NCBI GenBank assembly: GCA_964016885.1
Contig: CAXHJY010000031.1
Span: 186,001 to 250,000 of the forward strand
From: Eledone cirrhosa
Lineage: Eukaryota
DNA length: 64,000 nucleotides
Reading direction: 5' to 3'
How positions within the stretch are numbered: position 1 is the first letter of the stretch; each line of letters starts with the position of its first letter. Shown piece after piece: positions 51,901 through 64,000 of the stretch. The position numbers were made by a program, and so were the translations under genes. The notes beneath the pieces are model-generated. The model made no database searches. It saw only the letters and a program-made list of their open reading frames with translations, and was not told where the DNA came from.

Positions 51901-52534
51901 CCTAATCCATGTATATATCTTTTTATCATTATCCTTTTCTCAAATATACACACATGCAAATATTATGCATGGATATGTTAACTGGTAGCTGGAGAGTGAG
52001 AATAATATAGATGATAAAAATCTATCTTCAGCAACAAGTGCTATATTGTCTCCCATGTTGAAAGATATTATTTTACAATATAAGAACTTGAAACTAAGAC
52101 TAACTGATGTATAGAATAGAAAGACCTAGATGTGAAAAGAAGTGGAAATTGTGCAGATTGAAGATTGAAGATTTGACCGATGTGAAGAAACTGGAAAGAT
52201 GTGTCGAAAAGCGTGAAGAATGCAGACCGTAGGAAAGACATCCCCGAGAGTGAACATTTGAAGCTAGAGCAAGGTTTTAAGAGTTAGAAAGAGTAGTTGT
52301 TGATTGTTCCTTTGAAAAGCAATGAAGTGGAAGCATAACAGACAAGAATGCAGACCCAGCAGTCGGAGTTAAGCAGCGAAGCAGATGCCAATATAATATT
52401 AAATATTAGAGAATCAGTTTGTTCTTATTTCATGTTTTATTGCGAAATGGTATTGTTGAAAGCTAAAGACAATATAGCGTTTGTTGAAGATGATGTATAT
52501 TACTTTCTATGCAGAAATAAGGAAACATTTGCAG

Positions 52535-53365
52535 TCATCATCATCATACGTTCGCTCTCAAGTGTGGGACATGTACTATTGAGCACCGCCTCTTTCGGCT
52601 TATACCGGTCGTTGTTCACCTCGTTGGTGATTGTTAGCGATTTGAGGTCTGCTCTCACCACCCTGTCTATGTTTTTCCTAGTCTGTCTTCTACTCGAATT
52701 ACTTGGCACTTGTTTACCCAGCAAACCATCTTATACTTTTCTCCTGCACACAACTCATACCCATTTTCTCTCTCAACTCATCTCTGCTCGGTCGTCGGAG
52801 CATGCTTCCTTCATTTCTTTGCCAGCCTTGGCATATTCTCTGCAATTGCTGGCCATGTCTCACTTCTTCCAACCCATCCTTATTGTAGATATTATGGCCT
52901 CGTAGTAGCCTCCTCTCTTTCTAATCTGCTCATCTGTATAGAACCCACCTTCATTTGAAAACTGTTTCTATCACTGTCACTTCTACTGTGTAATTTCTCT
53001 GTACATGTAGTTTTCACTACCTGTTTGCTTGCTATCCCACTACATATGTTGAGTACCCCACATGTGCATAGTGTATATTTTATAGAATTTATCCCAACTA
53101 TTTTTCAACATAGGGAGCATGTCCTCTTTTCTATGTTTTTATTCTGTCCTCTTGCTTCCAACTACTGTTTCCATAGACAGCATTTCTTCTTTAGCTTCTT
53201 TACTGATTCTGCTATAAGAACCAGATCGTCATGGACAGCTAGTTTTAAACGCATCTGTTACTGACAGCACCTCTGTACAAAGCCTGCACTGCCCTCACAA
53301 GACATTCCCCAACACCTAGTTTGGTTAGGCACCACCAGATGACAGATCATGGTACCCTACCAAAG
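52535..53365 (-). mobile_element. RTE 3' fragment with catcatcat tail (copy A)
   Basis: Similar to 1068-1535 and 2960-3120. Confidence 0.8.
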
Positions 53366-54599
53366 GAGTTGTCTGTCAACAAAATTAATTGCTAAGATGG
53401 TTATATTTTATATATTTCCTAAGACTCGTTTGATTAAAAAGCTTAATTTTTATTTCTTTTTACTATTAGTTGTAGCTCTTATAAGTTTAGCTAGATTGCC
53501 AGCGTTGAAATAGTTGCGCTTTAGTTGTGATGTAGGTGTTGCAAGTTCCGGCTGTAAGTCGTGGGGGTGTAGTATATTGTCATGTATGTGTACATATGTC
53601 TGTGTATGTATACACGTACACATGTGTGTAGTGTTTTTGTGTTTATACGTCTACAAATGTATATGCAATATTTCAATTAGCAAAGGGAGATTACTGTTTG
53701 AATTTTTTAATAAAAATAAGAGTTGTTTCCCCTGTTAGCAGGAAATTTAGTTGTTTGATAAAACTGAATTGTCAAGGCTGGTTGTCTCGGTCAGTGCTAA
53801 GTGTCTGCTGAAGACTAGACATCTAAATTACGATATATAAGTACACACATCCATGCATGGATATGTTGCCAAGGAGCTGTCGAGTGATTATAATGTAGAT
53901 AAGCAAAATCTATGAACACTCGCTATATTATCTCGCACTTTTATGGATATGTTTTTGCAATATAAGAATAGGAAACGAAGAAAAACTAATTGACTGAATA
54001 CTGTGTGATGCAGGCAAAAGATGTTGAAATTGTGCCGAATTAAGATTGAAAATTTGACAGCTGTGGAAAATTTGCATGATGTAGTGAAGAATGCAGTGGG
54101 TAGAAAAGACATCCCCGAGAATAAACAAGAGTAATTGGTGATTGTTGCAGTGAAAATCAATGAAGTACAAGCATAACAGACGAGACAGAAGAATGCAGGC
54201 CCAGCAGTTGGAGTTCGCTGCCAAGCAGATGCCAATATAATATAAAATATTATTGAATCAGCTAGTTTATTGATTCCCTGTTTTATTGCAAAAGCGAATC
54301 CTTTAAAGTGCGAGACTATAGTGTTTGTCGTTGATGTATTTTTATCTATATTACTCTGCGTAAATACTGAATTTATGAGATGCCCGACCCTACATAAGCC
54401 CACAAACAGGCCATCAACAGTAAAAATTGACCTTTGTTAAAAAGAAATTTTTTTCTTAATATAATTGTTTATCTGCTGGATTGGTCATTGACCATTTTAG
54501 TAGGAGAGGGGATTTTGTTAGTGGTGCGTTACCTTCGCTGACTTAACTCTCTGAGAAAGAAGAGCAATTTTGATATTTTTCTTTGACTGTATTTAGCCA

Positions 54600-56055
54600 C
54601 TGAAGAATGGGTGTAGCTCCTTGGAGCTCTCCCAACCAATAGTTCGAAGAACCATCGGGTGTAATGACTTTGGCTTTAGTGTTCGTGTAGAGCAGTGATA
54701 CTTTTGTTGTATTCCACAAAAATCTTGATCAGGCAGTGACGATCGTCAGAATTATAGGCAATTTGCTCAAATATCTTCATCAAGATGTGACCGTTGGTTG
54801 ATCTTTATCTCTGAAGCTGTTGTGGTTGTTTGAGCTTTTTGTCCATGTAGGGCTGGATTCTCTTAAGAATCACACCCTGTTGAGGGTCTTTGCCACAAGT
54901 GAGGTTCCCCTGTAGTTGGTGTTAGAGAGATCTGCCTTCTTTGGCAGTGGCACGAAGTTACTGATCGTCCACTGGTTCAGGGCAACTCGTTTCTCCAGTC
55001 CCTTTTTACAGAACTGCAAGCTATGAAAATCACAACTCTACATGACCTGTAGCCACTCGATTTTCTCCATGGGCCTTGCCCTCCATTATCTTCTTTTTTT
55101 GCTCTCTGAAGCTCCTCTCTGGCAAAGGGTCCTGTCTCAATATGCAGTTTTTGTAACAGCCACCTGATTTGCCCAGTGTTCTTGGCTGTGGAGGGCATCT
55201 CATAGTTGTGTTCTAAAATGGTCCAGCCATTTCCTTTTTCCTATCCTCTGGATCTGTTTCCTTGATCTGACTCTTCCTCCATGTGATCTCGTTGATCATC
55301 CAACTGTCAACCGTTCTCTTAACACTTTAGTGCCTCCTCTCTGGCGTCAGTGTAAGCGGTACAGAGTGCTTCCCTCATCACCTCCACTGTGTCCATCCTC
55401 TCCATAGGATCAGCACAGAATTGGTCCTTGGCAGGCTGCACACACCTTTGGGTCTGCAGAACTGACATGCTTCCTCTTCTTTCTCCTCAGCATCAGTGTC
55501 TCACTTGCTACTGCATTGTTCAAGTACCTGTACCTCTTTGTCAAACTCTCTACATAGAGCACTGAACCTGTTGCTCACTTCTCCTGTGAACCTCTTCTGT
55601 AGCTTATGTTCATTGAAAGTTCCCCAGTCATAGATTATACTGTTGGTGTAGCCTTGCTCTTTCTTAAGCTCACTCGGACCTCACTCATAACAAGCATGTG
55701 TCCACTGTCCCAGTGTACTGAAATAGTTGTATGGTTCTGTGTTGAGAACACTATTGCGCTGCTTTTTCCTCACCAGAAAGAAATCAATCTAGGTCTTGGT
55801 CCACATCTTTTCTTGATTCTCCCTTAACGTTAGGTTGGTTGCCATCAAGTTTGCATCCAGCATGGCGTCTGTCGGTAGTCTTCCATTTCTGTTGGTGTTA
55901 GGGAATTACCAGCGCGGATCTTCTCTGCTCTCCTTACTCAGATGTGCATAGAAGTCCCTCAGAAGAATGATGTTTTGAGCTTGTGTGGTGTTGACAGCTC
56001 TACACATCTCCTCATGAAATTCCTCCGCATTCACATCACTGTCTCCCTTGGTAGG
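54600..56055 (-). mobile_element. Second RTE-group LINE endonuclease plus RT fragment (copy B, about 830 bp longer than copy A)
   Basis: Paralog of 50270-50835 with extra endonuclease-like sequence (IILLRDFYAHL). Confidence 0.7.
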
Positions 56056-56079
56056 ACTATAATCTGATATCCGGTTTTA

Positions 56080-57020
56080 AATTCCTGTTATTGCCTGCAG
56101 GACTATGATAAAAAGGAGAGGGCTAAGAACAGCCCTGGTGTACACCGACCTGCATGCTAAATTCCTCGCTCTAGTCATTGATAACCCTAACTTTGCTGAC
56201 TGTTTCTATATACATGGCTTGGTACAGCCCTCATAAGCTATTCATCTACTTCAAATTTTCTAAGAGCTCACCAGATTATAGCATGGTGGACTCTGTCGAA
56301 GGCTTTTTCCATTTCGACAAATGCCAGGTAGAGAGGCTTACTTTTAGCTAGGTACTAATCAACTGTGCTATAACTCTTTACGTTACTTTCATGATCTGGT
56401 GGTCCATCAGCTTTATACCTCTCTAGTTTCCTCTATCTAGTGCATCACCTTTACCTTTGTATCAGTTGACCATGATGCTGCTGCACGAATCGTTAAGTAT
56501 TATCTAGTTAACATTACTTGTGTTTATGGTCTGATCTACCGACCCAGATGCCTTGAGCATCTCGGCAGCTATACCCGATGGACCGGTTGCCTTCCCCGTC
56601 TTCATATCTATGATTGCCATACTACATTGCTGCTGACTTGTTCTGCTAGCCCCTCTATAGGGTTCACTTTGGGTATGGTATCTTTTTCCCATACATTCTC
56701 CTCATTTAGTAATCTTTCATACTGGCTCTTCCACGCATCTTCTCAGCACTTGTGAGTGCAAGCTGACCTTTATCATTCTGGATACACTTTTGTCCAGTGA
56801 CATCACAATTCTCTCTGGAACACCTGTTTCTTTTCCTCGTGTTGCAAAACATGCTTGAAATTCCTATCCTCTACCTTCCTTCTAGCTAAGTATACTTGTC
56901 GCCTAGCTTTGCTCCTGGTCTCTCTGTAATGTGCCCTGTTTTTCCATTCTTTCCATGCCTGTCTCTTAGCCTTAACTGCCTCATCTACCATATTGTTCTA
57001 CCACCAAGTCACTCTCCTCA
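56080..57020 (-). mobile_element. RTE linker plus RT fragment (copy B)
   Basis: Paralog of 50860-51900 (KATGPSGIAAEMLK). Confidence 0.9.
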
Positions 57021-57654
57021 TCCATGTATATATGTTTTTATCATCTTTTTCTCAAATATCCACACATGACGACGCACATGCAAATATTATGCATGGATAT
57101 GTTAACTGGTAGCTGGAGAGAGAATAATATAGATGATAAAAGTCTATCTTCAGCAACAAGTGCTATATTGTCTCCCATTTTGAAAGATATTATTATTTTA
57201 CAATATAAGAACTTGAAACTAAGACTAACTAATAGAAAGACCTAGATGTGAAAAGAAGTGGAAATTGTGCAGATTGAAGATTGAAGATTTGACCGATGTG
57301 AAGAAACTGGAAAGATGTTTCGAAAAGAGTGAAGAATGCAGTCCGTAGGAAAGACATCCCCGAGAGTGAACATTTGAAGCTAGAGCAAGGTTTTAAGAGT
57401 TAGAAAGAGTAGTTGTTGATTGTTCCTGTGAAAAGCAACAAAGTGCAAGCATAACAGACGAGACAAGAATGCAGGCCCACCAGTCGTAGTTAAGCAGCAA
57501 AGCAGATGCCAATATATTATTAAATATTAGAGAATCAGTTTGTTCTTATTTCATGTTTTATTGCGAAATGGTATTGTTGAAAGCTAATGACAATATAGCG
57601 TTTGTTGAAGATGATGTATACTTTCTATGCAGAAATAATGAAACATTTGCACAG

Positions 57655-58490
57655 TCATCTTCATGATCATACGTTCGCTTTCAAGTGTGGGACATGTACT
57701 ATTAAGCACCGCCTCTCCACTTATACCGGTCGTTGGTCACCTCGTTGGTGATCGTTAGCGATTTGAGGTCTGCTTTCACCACCCGTCTGTTTTTCTTAGT
57801 CTTCCTTCTACTGGAATTACTTGGCACATGTTTACCCAGCAAACCATCTTATTCTTCTCTCCTGCACATAACTCATACCCATTTTCTCTCTCAACTCATC
57901 TCTGCTCGGTCGTCGGAGCATGCTTCCTTCATTTCTTTGCCAGCCTTGGCATATTCTCTGCAATTGCTGGCCATGTCTCACTTCTTCCAACCCATCTTTA
58001 TTGTAGATACTCTGGCCTCGTAGTAGACTCCTCTCTTTCTAATCTGCTCATCTATGTAGCGGAAGGTACGAACCACTTGTATAGAACCCACCTTCATTTG
58101 AAAACTGTTTCTATCACTGTCACTTTTACTGTGAAATTTCTCTGTACAGGTAGTTTTCACTACCTGTTTGCTTGCTATCCCACTACATATGTTGAGTACC
58201 CCAGATGTGCATTGCGTATATTTTATATAATTTATCCCAACGCCTTTTCAACATAGTGAGCATGTTCTCTTTTCTATATTTTTATTGTCCTCTTGCTTCC
58301 AACTAGTTTCCATAGACTGGATTTCTTCTCTAGCTTGTTTACTGATTCTGCTATAAGAACCAGATCGTCATGGACAGCCAGTTTTAAACGCATCTGTTAC
58401 TGACAGCACCTCTGTACAAAGCCTATACGGCCCTCACCACCTAGTTTGGTTAGGCACCACCAGATGACAGATCATGGTAACCTACCAAAG
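57655..58490 (-). mobile_element. RTE 3' fragment (copy B)
   Basis: Paralog of 52535-53365. Confidence 0.8.
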
Positions 58491-59777
58491 GAGTTGTATG
58501 TCAAAAAAATTAATTGCTAAGATGGATTACATTGCCACCGGTTATATTTTATATATTTCCTAAGACTCGTTTGATTAAAAAGCTTAATTTTTTTATTTCT
58601 TTTTACTCTGACATTATTAGTTGTAGCTGTGATAAGTTTAGCTAGATTGCTAGCGTTGAAATAGTTGCGCTTTAGTTGTGATGTAGGTGTTGCAAGTTCC
58701 GGCTGTAAGTCGTGGGGGTGTAGTATATTGTCATGTATGTGTACATATGTCTGTGTATGTATACACGTACACATGTGTGTAGTGTTTTTGTGTTTATACG
58801 TCTACAAATGTATATGCAATATTTCAATTAGCAAAGGGAGATTACTGTTTGAATTTTTTAATAAAAATAAGAGTTGTTTCCCCTGTTAGCAGGAAATTTA
58901 GTTGTTTGATAAAACTGAATTGTCAAGGCTGGTTGTCTCGGTCTGTGCTAAGTGTCTGCTGAAGACTAGACATCTAAATTACGATATACAAGTACACGCA
59001 TCCATGAATGGATATGTTGTCAAGTAGCTTGCGAGTGAGAATAATGTAGATAAGCAAAATATATGAACACTCGCTATATTATCTCGCACTTTTATGGATA
59101 TGTTTTTGCAATATAAGAATAGGAAACGAAGAAAAACTAATTCACAGAATACAGTGTGATGCAGGCAAAAGATGTTGAAATTGTGCCGAATTAAGATTGA
59201 AAATTTGACCGATGTGGAGCAGCTGTGGAAAATTTGCATGATGTAGTGAATAATGCAGTGGGTAGAAAAGACATCCCCGAAAATAAACAGAAAGAGTAGT
59301 TCCAGTGAAAATCAATGAAGTGCAAGCATAACAGATGAGAGAAGCATGCAGGCCCAGCAGTTGGAGTTCGCTGCTAAGCAGATCGATGCCAATAGAATCT
59401 AAAATATTATGGAATCAGATAGTTTATCGATTCCCTGTTTTATTGCAAAAGCGAATCCTTCAAAGTGCGAGACAATATAGTGTTTGTTGTTGGTGATAAT
59501 ATACTTTGTGTAATAGTCTCTGTTCATAAATAATGAAAAATGTGCACATAGTCGACCCTGACTATACGTTCATATTAGTTGTGAAGCTTTGCTTGTTTAA
59601 AACAGAAAGACGACCATCTTTGATTAAAAATATCATTGTATAAGTTGTGCTTCTAAACACTACATGTAAACATGTAGAACACAGACATTCACAAAGACCT
59701 TCAACACTAAATTTTAAAAAACAAATGGTTATTTAATTTCTATAATTAATTAAGATGGATTACATGGCCACCGATTA

Positions 59778-60392
59778 TCTATATATAAAACTGAAGATGT
59801 CCGAGTTCGAATCGCTAAAGCTCGAGAACCACCCAACGGACTGTTTTCAAACTTTACACATGTAATACTTATGTTTGAGAGATTGTTCTGATCACCCCCA
59901 AAAGATTTCAACTTTTCTAAGCCCACAGGGACGACATTAGGCGGTTTAGCGATATCACTCTATAATTCTTAGTCTCTTTTTCGATAGACGTACTTATAAC
60001 GTCGCGCCCTTATTATATCTGTCTGACTGTCTGCATTACGTCACTTCCTTGAGGGTGTGTTTGAATCCCTTAAACTCGAAGTACCCAACCGATATTTTTT
60101 CAAACTATAAATGCGTATTACTTAGGTTTAAGGTAGTGTTATGCACATTAAAAATTTAAACATTTTTTTTATCTGCTGGGGCCCGCATTAGATGAAAAAG
60201 TTTTTTTTTTATCTTAGGACTTTTTGTAGCCGTTACGTCTAGCCGATTTTCGCTAAATTTCAAGGCATATTATGGTCATAAAAAGAAAATCATCTTGATC
60301 CCCTAGGGCCCGCATTAGGTGAAAACCTGCCTTTTTCCCATCAGAGTATTCCAAAATACTTTATATGGTGCAACGCTGGGTACCACTGCTAG
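59778..60392 (+). mobile_element. Non-autonomous Helitron, 615 bp
   Basis: A|TC start, CTAG|T end and no target-site duplication. The paralogous empty site lies at about 58535-58575. Confidence 0.92.
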
Positions 60393-61059
60393 TATATTAT
60401 AGATTTCATGAAACTCGTTTATTTAAAAACGTTTTTTTTTAAATCTTTTTTACCATAATGACATTTTGACTGTAGATGTGATAAGTTGAGCTAGATTGCC
60501 AGCGTCGAAATAGTTGCGCTTTAGTTAGGATGTAGGTGTTGTAAGGGCCGGATGTGAGCCTTGGGTGTAGTGTATTTTCACACATACGTAGATATATACA
60601 TACATGTATATATATCTAAACACGTGTATGAAAGTATGTACACGACTTTATGTATGTAACCCTGTAACATTGAGCTTTCCGATAACCCTTTGTAAATATG
60701 CAATGTCGGTTTGATAAGCACGACAAAGAATTGAAGATACTAGGCAGATTAACATGTTAGTTGAACGACCGTTGACTTGAATTGCGCGTGAAAATACGTG
60801 GGTGAAGTTGGGGCTGATGATTTTAAGTTTGTTTTTGTCTTGTTGAATAATCATGGCGTGCTACTTTGTAGTACTTGTATTGCAGGCCGTTGTTCCGGTG
60901 GTTAAGGTAAGTGGCGATGTTATTACTGTTTGGGCATCTTAAGTTTTCGTCTAGTTGGTTTGGGGTGGCGGTCGAATTGGTTTCAGATTAACGGTCTGTG
61001 TGTGGTTTACAGTTGTGATCAGTTTGTGTAAGAAGCGAGAAGAATTCCGTGATATATAT

Positions 61060-62685
61060 TTATATTTTTAGAAAGGGAGAAACTATCTTAACTCGTTTCT
61101 ACAAATAAAATCGTTAATTGCGAGATAGATTTTATAAACGGGAGGGTTTTTGAGATAGGACAGTTAATAATTAAGTTATCTCTGTTATCAGTTTGACGCA
61201 TTTCTATTTCGAACTATAGACATATATATGTAAAATTATCCCAGACAATTAGACATTTAATTTCCGCAAAATATATAATTACACGGGAGAGAATGTACTA
61301 TATAATCAATTGATTTCTCTCCCTTTAGTGCACTTTATATTTCTAAAGGGAGAGAAGTTTATTTAACAATATCTGTTATCTCCCTTTGACAGACTTTAAT
61401 AATTATAATTTTTTAGAAAAATATATTTTATTCTGGAAAAAGGTATTAGTAATAGTTTAATTTAAAAAAATAGTTGTCTCCCCTTGCTACACTTTGACTA
61501 TAATGTAATACATTATGTTGTGACATTACTGCTGTTTTTATCAAGTAATTCTAACGCCCGGAATTTATAATTTAGTTATTAACTTAATATTAGCTCCCGA
61601 GAATCAACTTAAATAAGTTGTTTCCCCTTATTTGACTCAGCTTATTTTTATCTGGTCTTAACATAAGCTATCGCCATTTTTATAGTGCAGGAATTAGTTA
61701 CATTTAAATAAATTAAGTGTAGAAACCTAGAAATTGTAAGGTTAATAAAATTTGCAAACAAATTTTAATTAATAAATTTGTCCACTGTTTTCCATTTCAA
61801 ATAATGTTATCTGTCGAACTTAATTAATTGCGAGAGACCCTTTTCTGAACGCACAGCGACGGCATTAGGAAAAAACAGTCAATTTTGACGGACAAATGTA
61901 TCATAAATTAAGTTTAATTTATATAGTATGTATGTTGTAACATAATTTCCCGCCGGTTTTTCTGAGAAAACAGTATAAAAACGGCGTGGATTTACGTTAC
62001 ATTATATATAATTTACTTTTAACTAAGGTAGATAATATGGTTTATTTAATAACTAGGTTGTTTCCCTTGGCCGGACTTTAAGTAACATAAATTTTCGCCG
62101 TTTTTATAGTGCTTCATAGTATTAAAAAAATGCTGAAATTTATGTTACACCGAAATCAAGTGAAAGTATGGCCACACCGAAATCAAGTGAAAGTATGGCC
62201 AAGGGAAACAACCTATTTATTAAATAAACAATGTTATCTCCCTTAGTACAAACTAAAAACCAATTAAATTATATTTTATAAAAGTGAATTATATATAATG
62301 TAACGTAAATCCACGCCGTTTGAACAGTTCGTTTTCTGATATTAGTTACGAACTCTATTCCTCAGTCTAGGGGTTTAAGTTTTATGCGAATTTTTAATAG
62401 TAATATAGTATGTTGTAACATAATTCCCCGCCGGTTTTTATCAGTAAACAAACTAAAAACGGCGGTGATTTTCGTTACATTATATATAATTTTCTTAAAA
62501 AAGATTGTTAGTTGATTTTTTTTTATTGAATTAAGGGAGATAACATTGTTTATTAAACAAAAAGGTTGTTCCCCTTGGCAGGCTTTAAGTTACAACGGCA
62601 TATTTTCTCAGATATCTAGACTAGTTAATAATTAAGTTGTCCCCCTTTACTTATACCTATACTAATATATATATGTTTGTATATC
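61060..62685. repeat. Telomere-associated AT-rich fold-back sequence
   Basis: An inverted repeat at about 61978-62072 / 62197-62321, a direct copy at about 62403-62595, a 27-bp tandem duplication at 62147-62200, and recurring AAGGGAGATAAC / GTTGTTTCCCTT motifs. Confidence 0.85.
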
Positions 62686-64000
62686 TTGGGGTTGGGGTTG
62701 GGGTTGGGGTTGGGGTTGGGGTTGGGGTTGGGGTTAGGGTTGGGGTTAGGGTTAGGGTTAGGGTTAGGGTTAGGGTTAGGGTTAGGGTTAGGGTTAGGGT
62801 TAGGGTTAGGGTTAGGGTTAGGGTTAGGGTTAGGGTTAGGGTTAGGGTTAGGGTTAGGGTTAGGGTTAGGGTTAGGGTTAGGGTTAGGGTTAGGGTTAGG
62901 GTTAGGGTTAGGGTTAGGGTTAGGGTTAGGGTTAGGGTTAGGGTTAGGGTTAGGGTTAGGGTTAGGGTTAGGGTTAGGGTTAGGGTTAGGGTTAGGGTTA
63001 GGGTTAGGGTTAGGGTTAGGGTTAGGGTTAGGGTTAGGGTTAGGGTTAGGGTTAGGGTTAGGGTTAGGGTTAGGGTTAGGGTTAGGGTTAGGGTTAGGGT
63101 TAGGGTTAGGGTTAGGGTTAGGGTTAGGGTTAGGGTTAGGGTTAGGGTTAGGGTTAGGGTTAGGGTTAGGGTTAGGGTTAGGGTTAGGGTTAGGGTTAGG
63201 GTTAGGGTTAGGGTTAGGTTAGGGTTAGGGTTAGGGTTAGGGTTAGGGTTAGGGTTAGGGTTAGGGTTAGGGTTAGGGTTAGGGTTAGGGTTAGGGTTAG
63301 GGTTAGGGTTAGGGTTAGGGTTAGGGTTAGGGTTAGGGTTAGGGTTAGGGTTAGGGTTAGGGTTAGGGTTAGGGTTAGGGTTAGGGTTAGGGTTAGGGTT
63401 AGGGTTAGGGTTAGGGTTAGGGTTAGGGTTAGGGTTAGGGTTAGGGTTAGGGTTAGGGTTAGGGTTAGGGTTAGGGTTAGGGTTAGGGTTAGGGTTAGGG
63501 TTAGGGTTAGGGTTAGGGTTAGGGTTAGGGTTAGGGTTAGGGTTAGGGTTAGGGTTAGGGTTAGGGTTAGGGTTAGGGTTAGGGTTAGGGTTAGGGTTAG
63601 GGTTAGGGTTAGGGTTAGGGTTAGGGTTAGGGTTAGGGTTAGGGTTAGGGTTAGGGTTAGGGTTAGGGTTAGGGTTAGGGTTAGGGTTAGGGTTAGGGTT
63701 AGGGTTAGGGTTAGGGTTAGGGTTAGGGTTAGGGTTAGGGTTAGGGTTAGGGTTAGGGTTAGGGTTAGGGTTAGGGTTAGGGTTAGGGTTAGGGTTAGGG
63801 TTAGGGTTAGGGTTAGGGTTAGGGTTAGGGTTAGGGTTAGGGTTAGGGTTAGGGTTAGGGTTAGGGTTAGGGTTAGGGTTAGGGTTAGGGTTAGGGTTAG
63901 GGTTAGGGTTAGGGTTAGGGTTAGGGTTAGGGTTAGGGTTAGGGTTAGGGTTAGGGTTAGGGTTAGGGTTAGGGTTAGGGTTAGGGTTAGGGTTAGGGTT
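62686..64000 (+). repeat. Telomere (TTAGGG)n with proximal TTGGGG variants
   Basis: 8x TTGGGG, TTAGGG, TTGGGG, then TTAGGG to the window end. The G-rich strand runs 5' to 3' towards the end, as expected for a true terminus. Confidence 0.99.

Larger units (their letters stand above)
49035..60580. repeat. Diverged tandem segmental duplication: unit A about 49035-53640, unit B about 53640-58790, partial unit C beyond
   Basis: The marker attagcaaaggga.attactgt occurs at about 49074, 53676 and 58827. Paralogous ORF pairs include 51369/56504, 51571/56803 and 53514/58665. Confidence 0.95.

Noticed and set aside
62677-63222. (Leu-Gly)n ORF
   Set aside because: It is a translation of the telomeric repeat.

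Overview
This is a eukaryotic chromosome end with no intact cellular gene. The repeat content (RTE LINEs, Helitrons, tRNA-derived SINEs, long TA/CA microsatellites, TTAGGG telomere) resembles a mollusc, most likely an octopus; that is recalled resemblance, not a database result. Layout: (1) 1-25038, a nearly invariant 3362-bp tandem macrosatellite (about 7.4 units) built from decayed RTE pieces. (2) 25.1-46 kb, mixed TE debris (RTE, Helitron Rep/Pif1, L1/Tx1, R4/Dong, SINEs) among microsatellites. This zone holds a candidate HDV-like ribozyme, four type I hammerhead ribozymes with canonical cores, one near-canonical hammerhead, several hammerhead remnants and two long palindromes. (3) 46.3-48.9 kb, a TATTATGTGTG-type minisatellite. 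(4) 49-60.6 kb, an older diverged tandem duplication of about 5 kb with a filled versus empty Helitron site. (5) 61-62.7 kb, fold-back telomere-associated sequence. (6) From 62686, TTGGGG variant repeats leading into (TTAGGG)n. All folds and alignments were done by eye, and TE boundaries are approximate.
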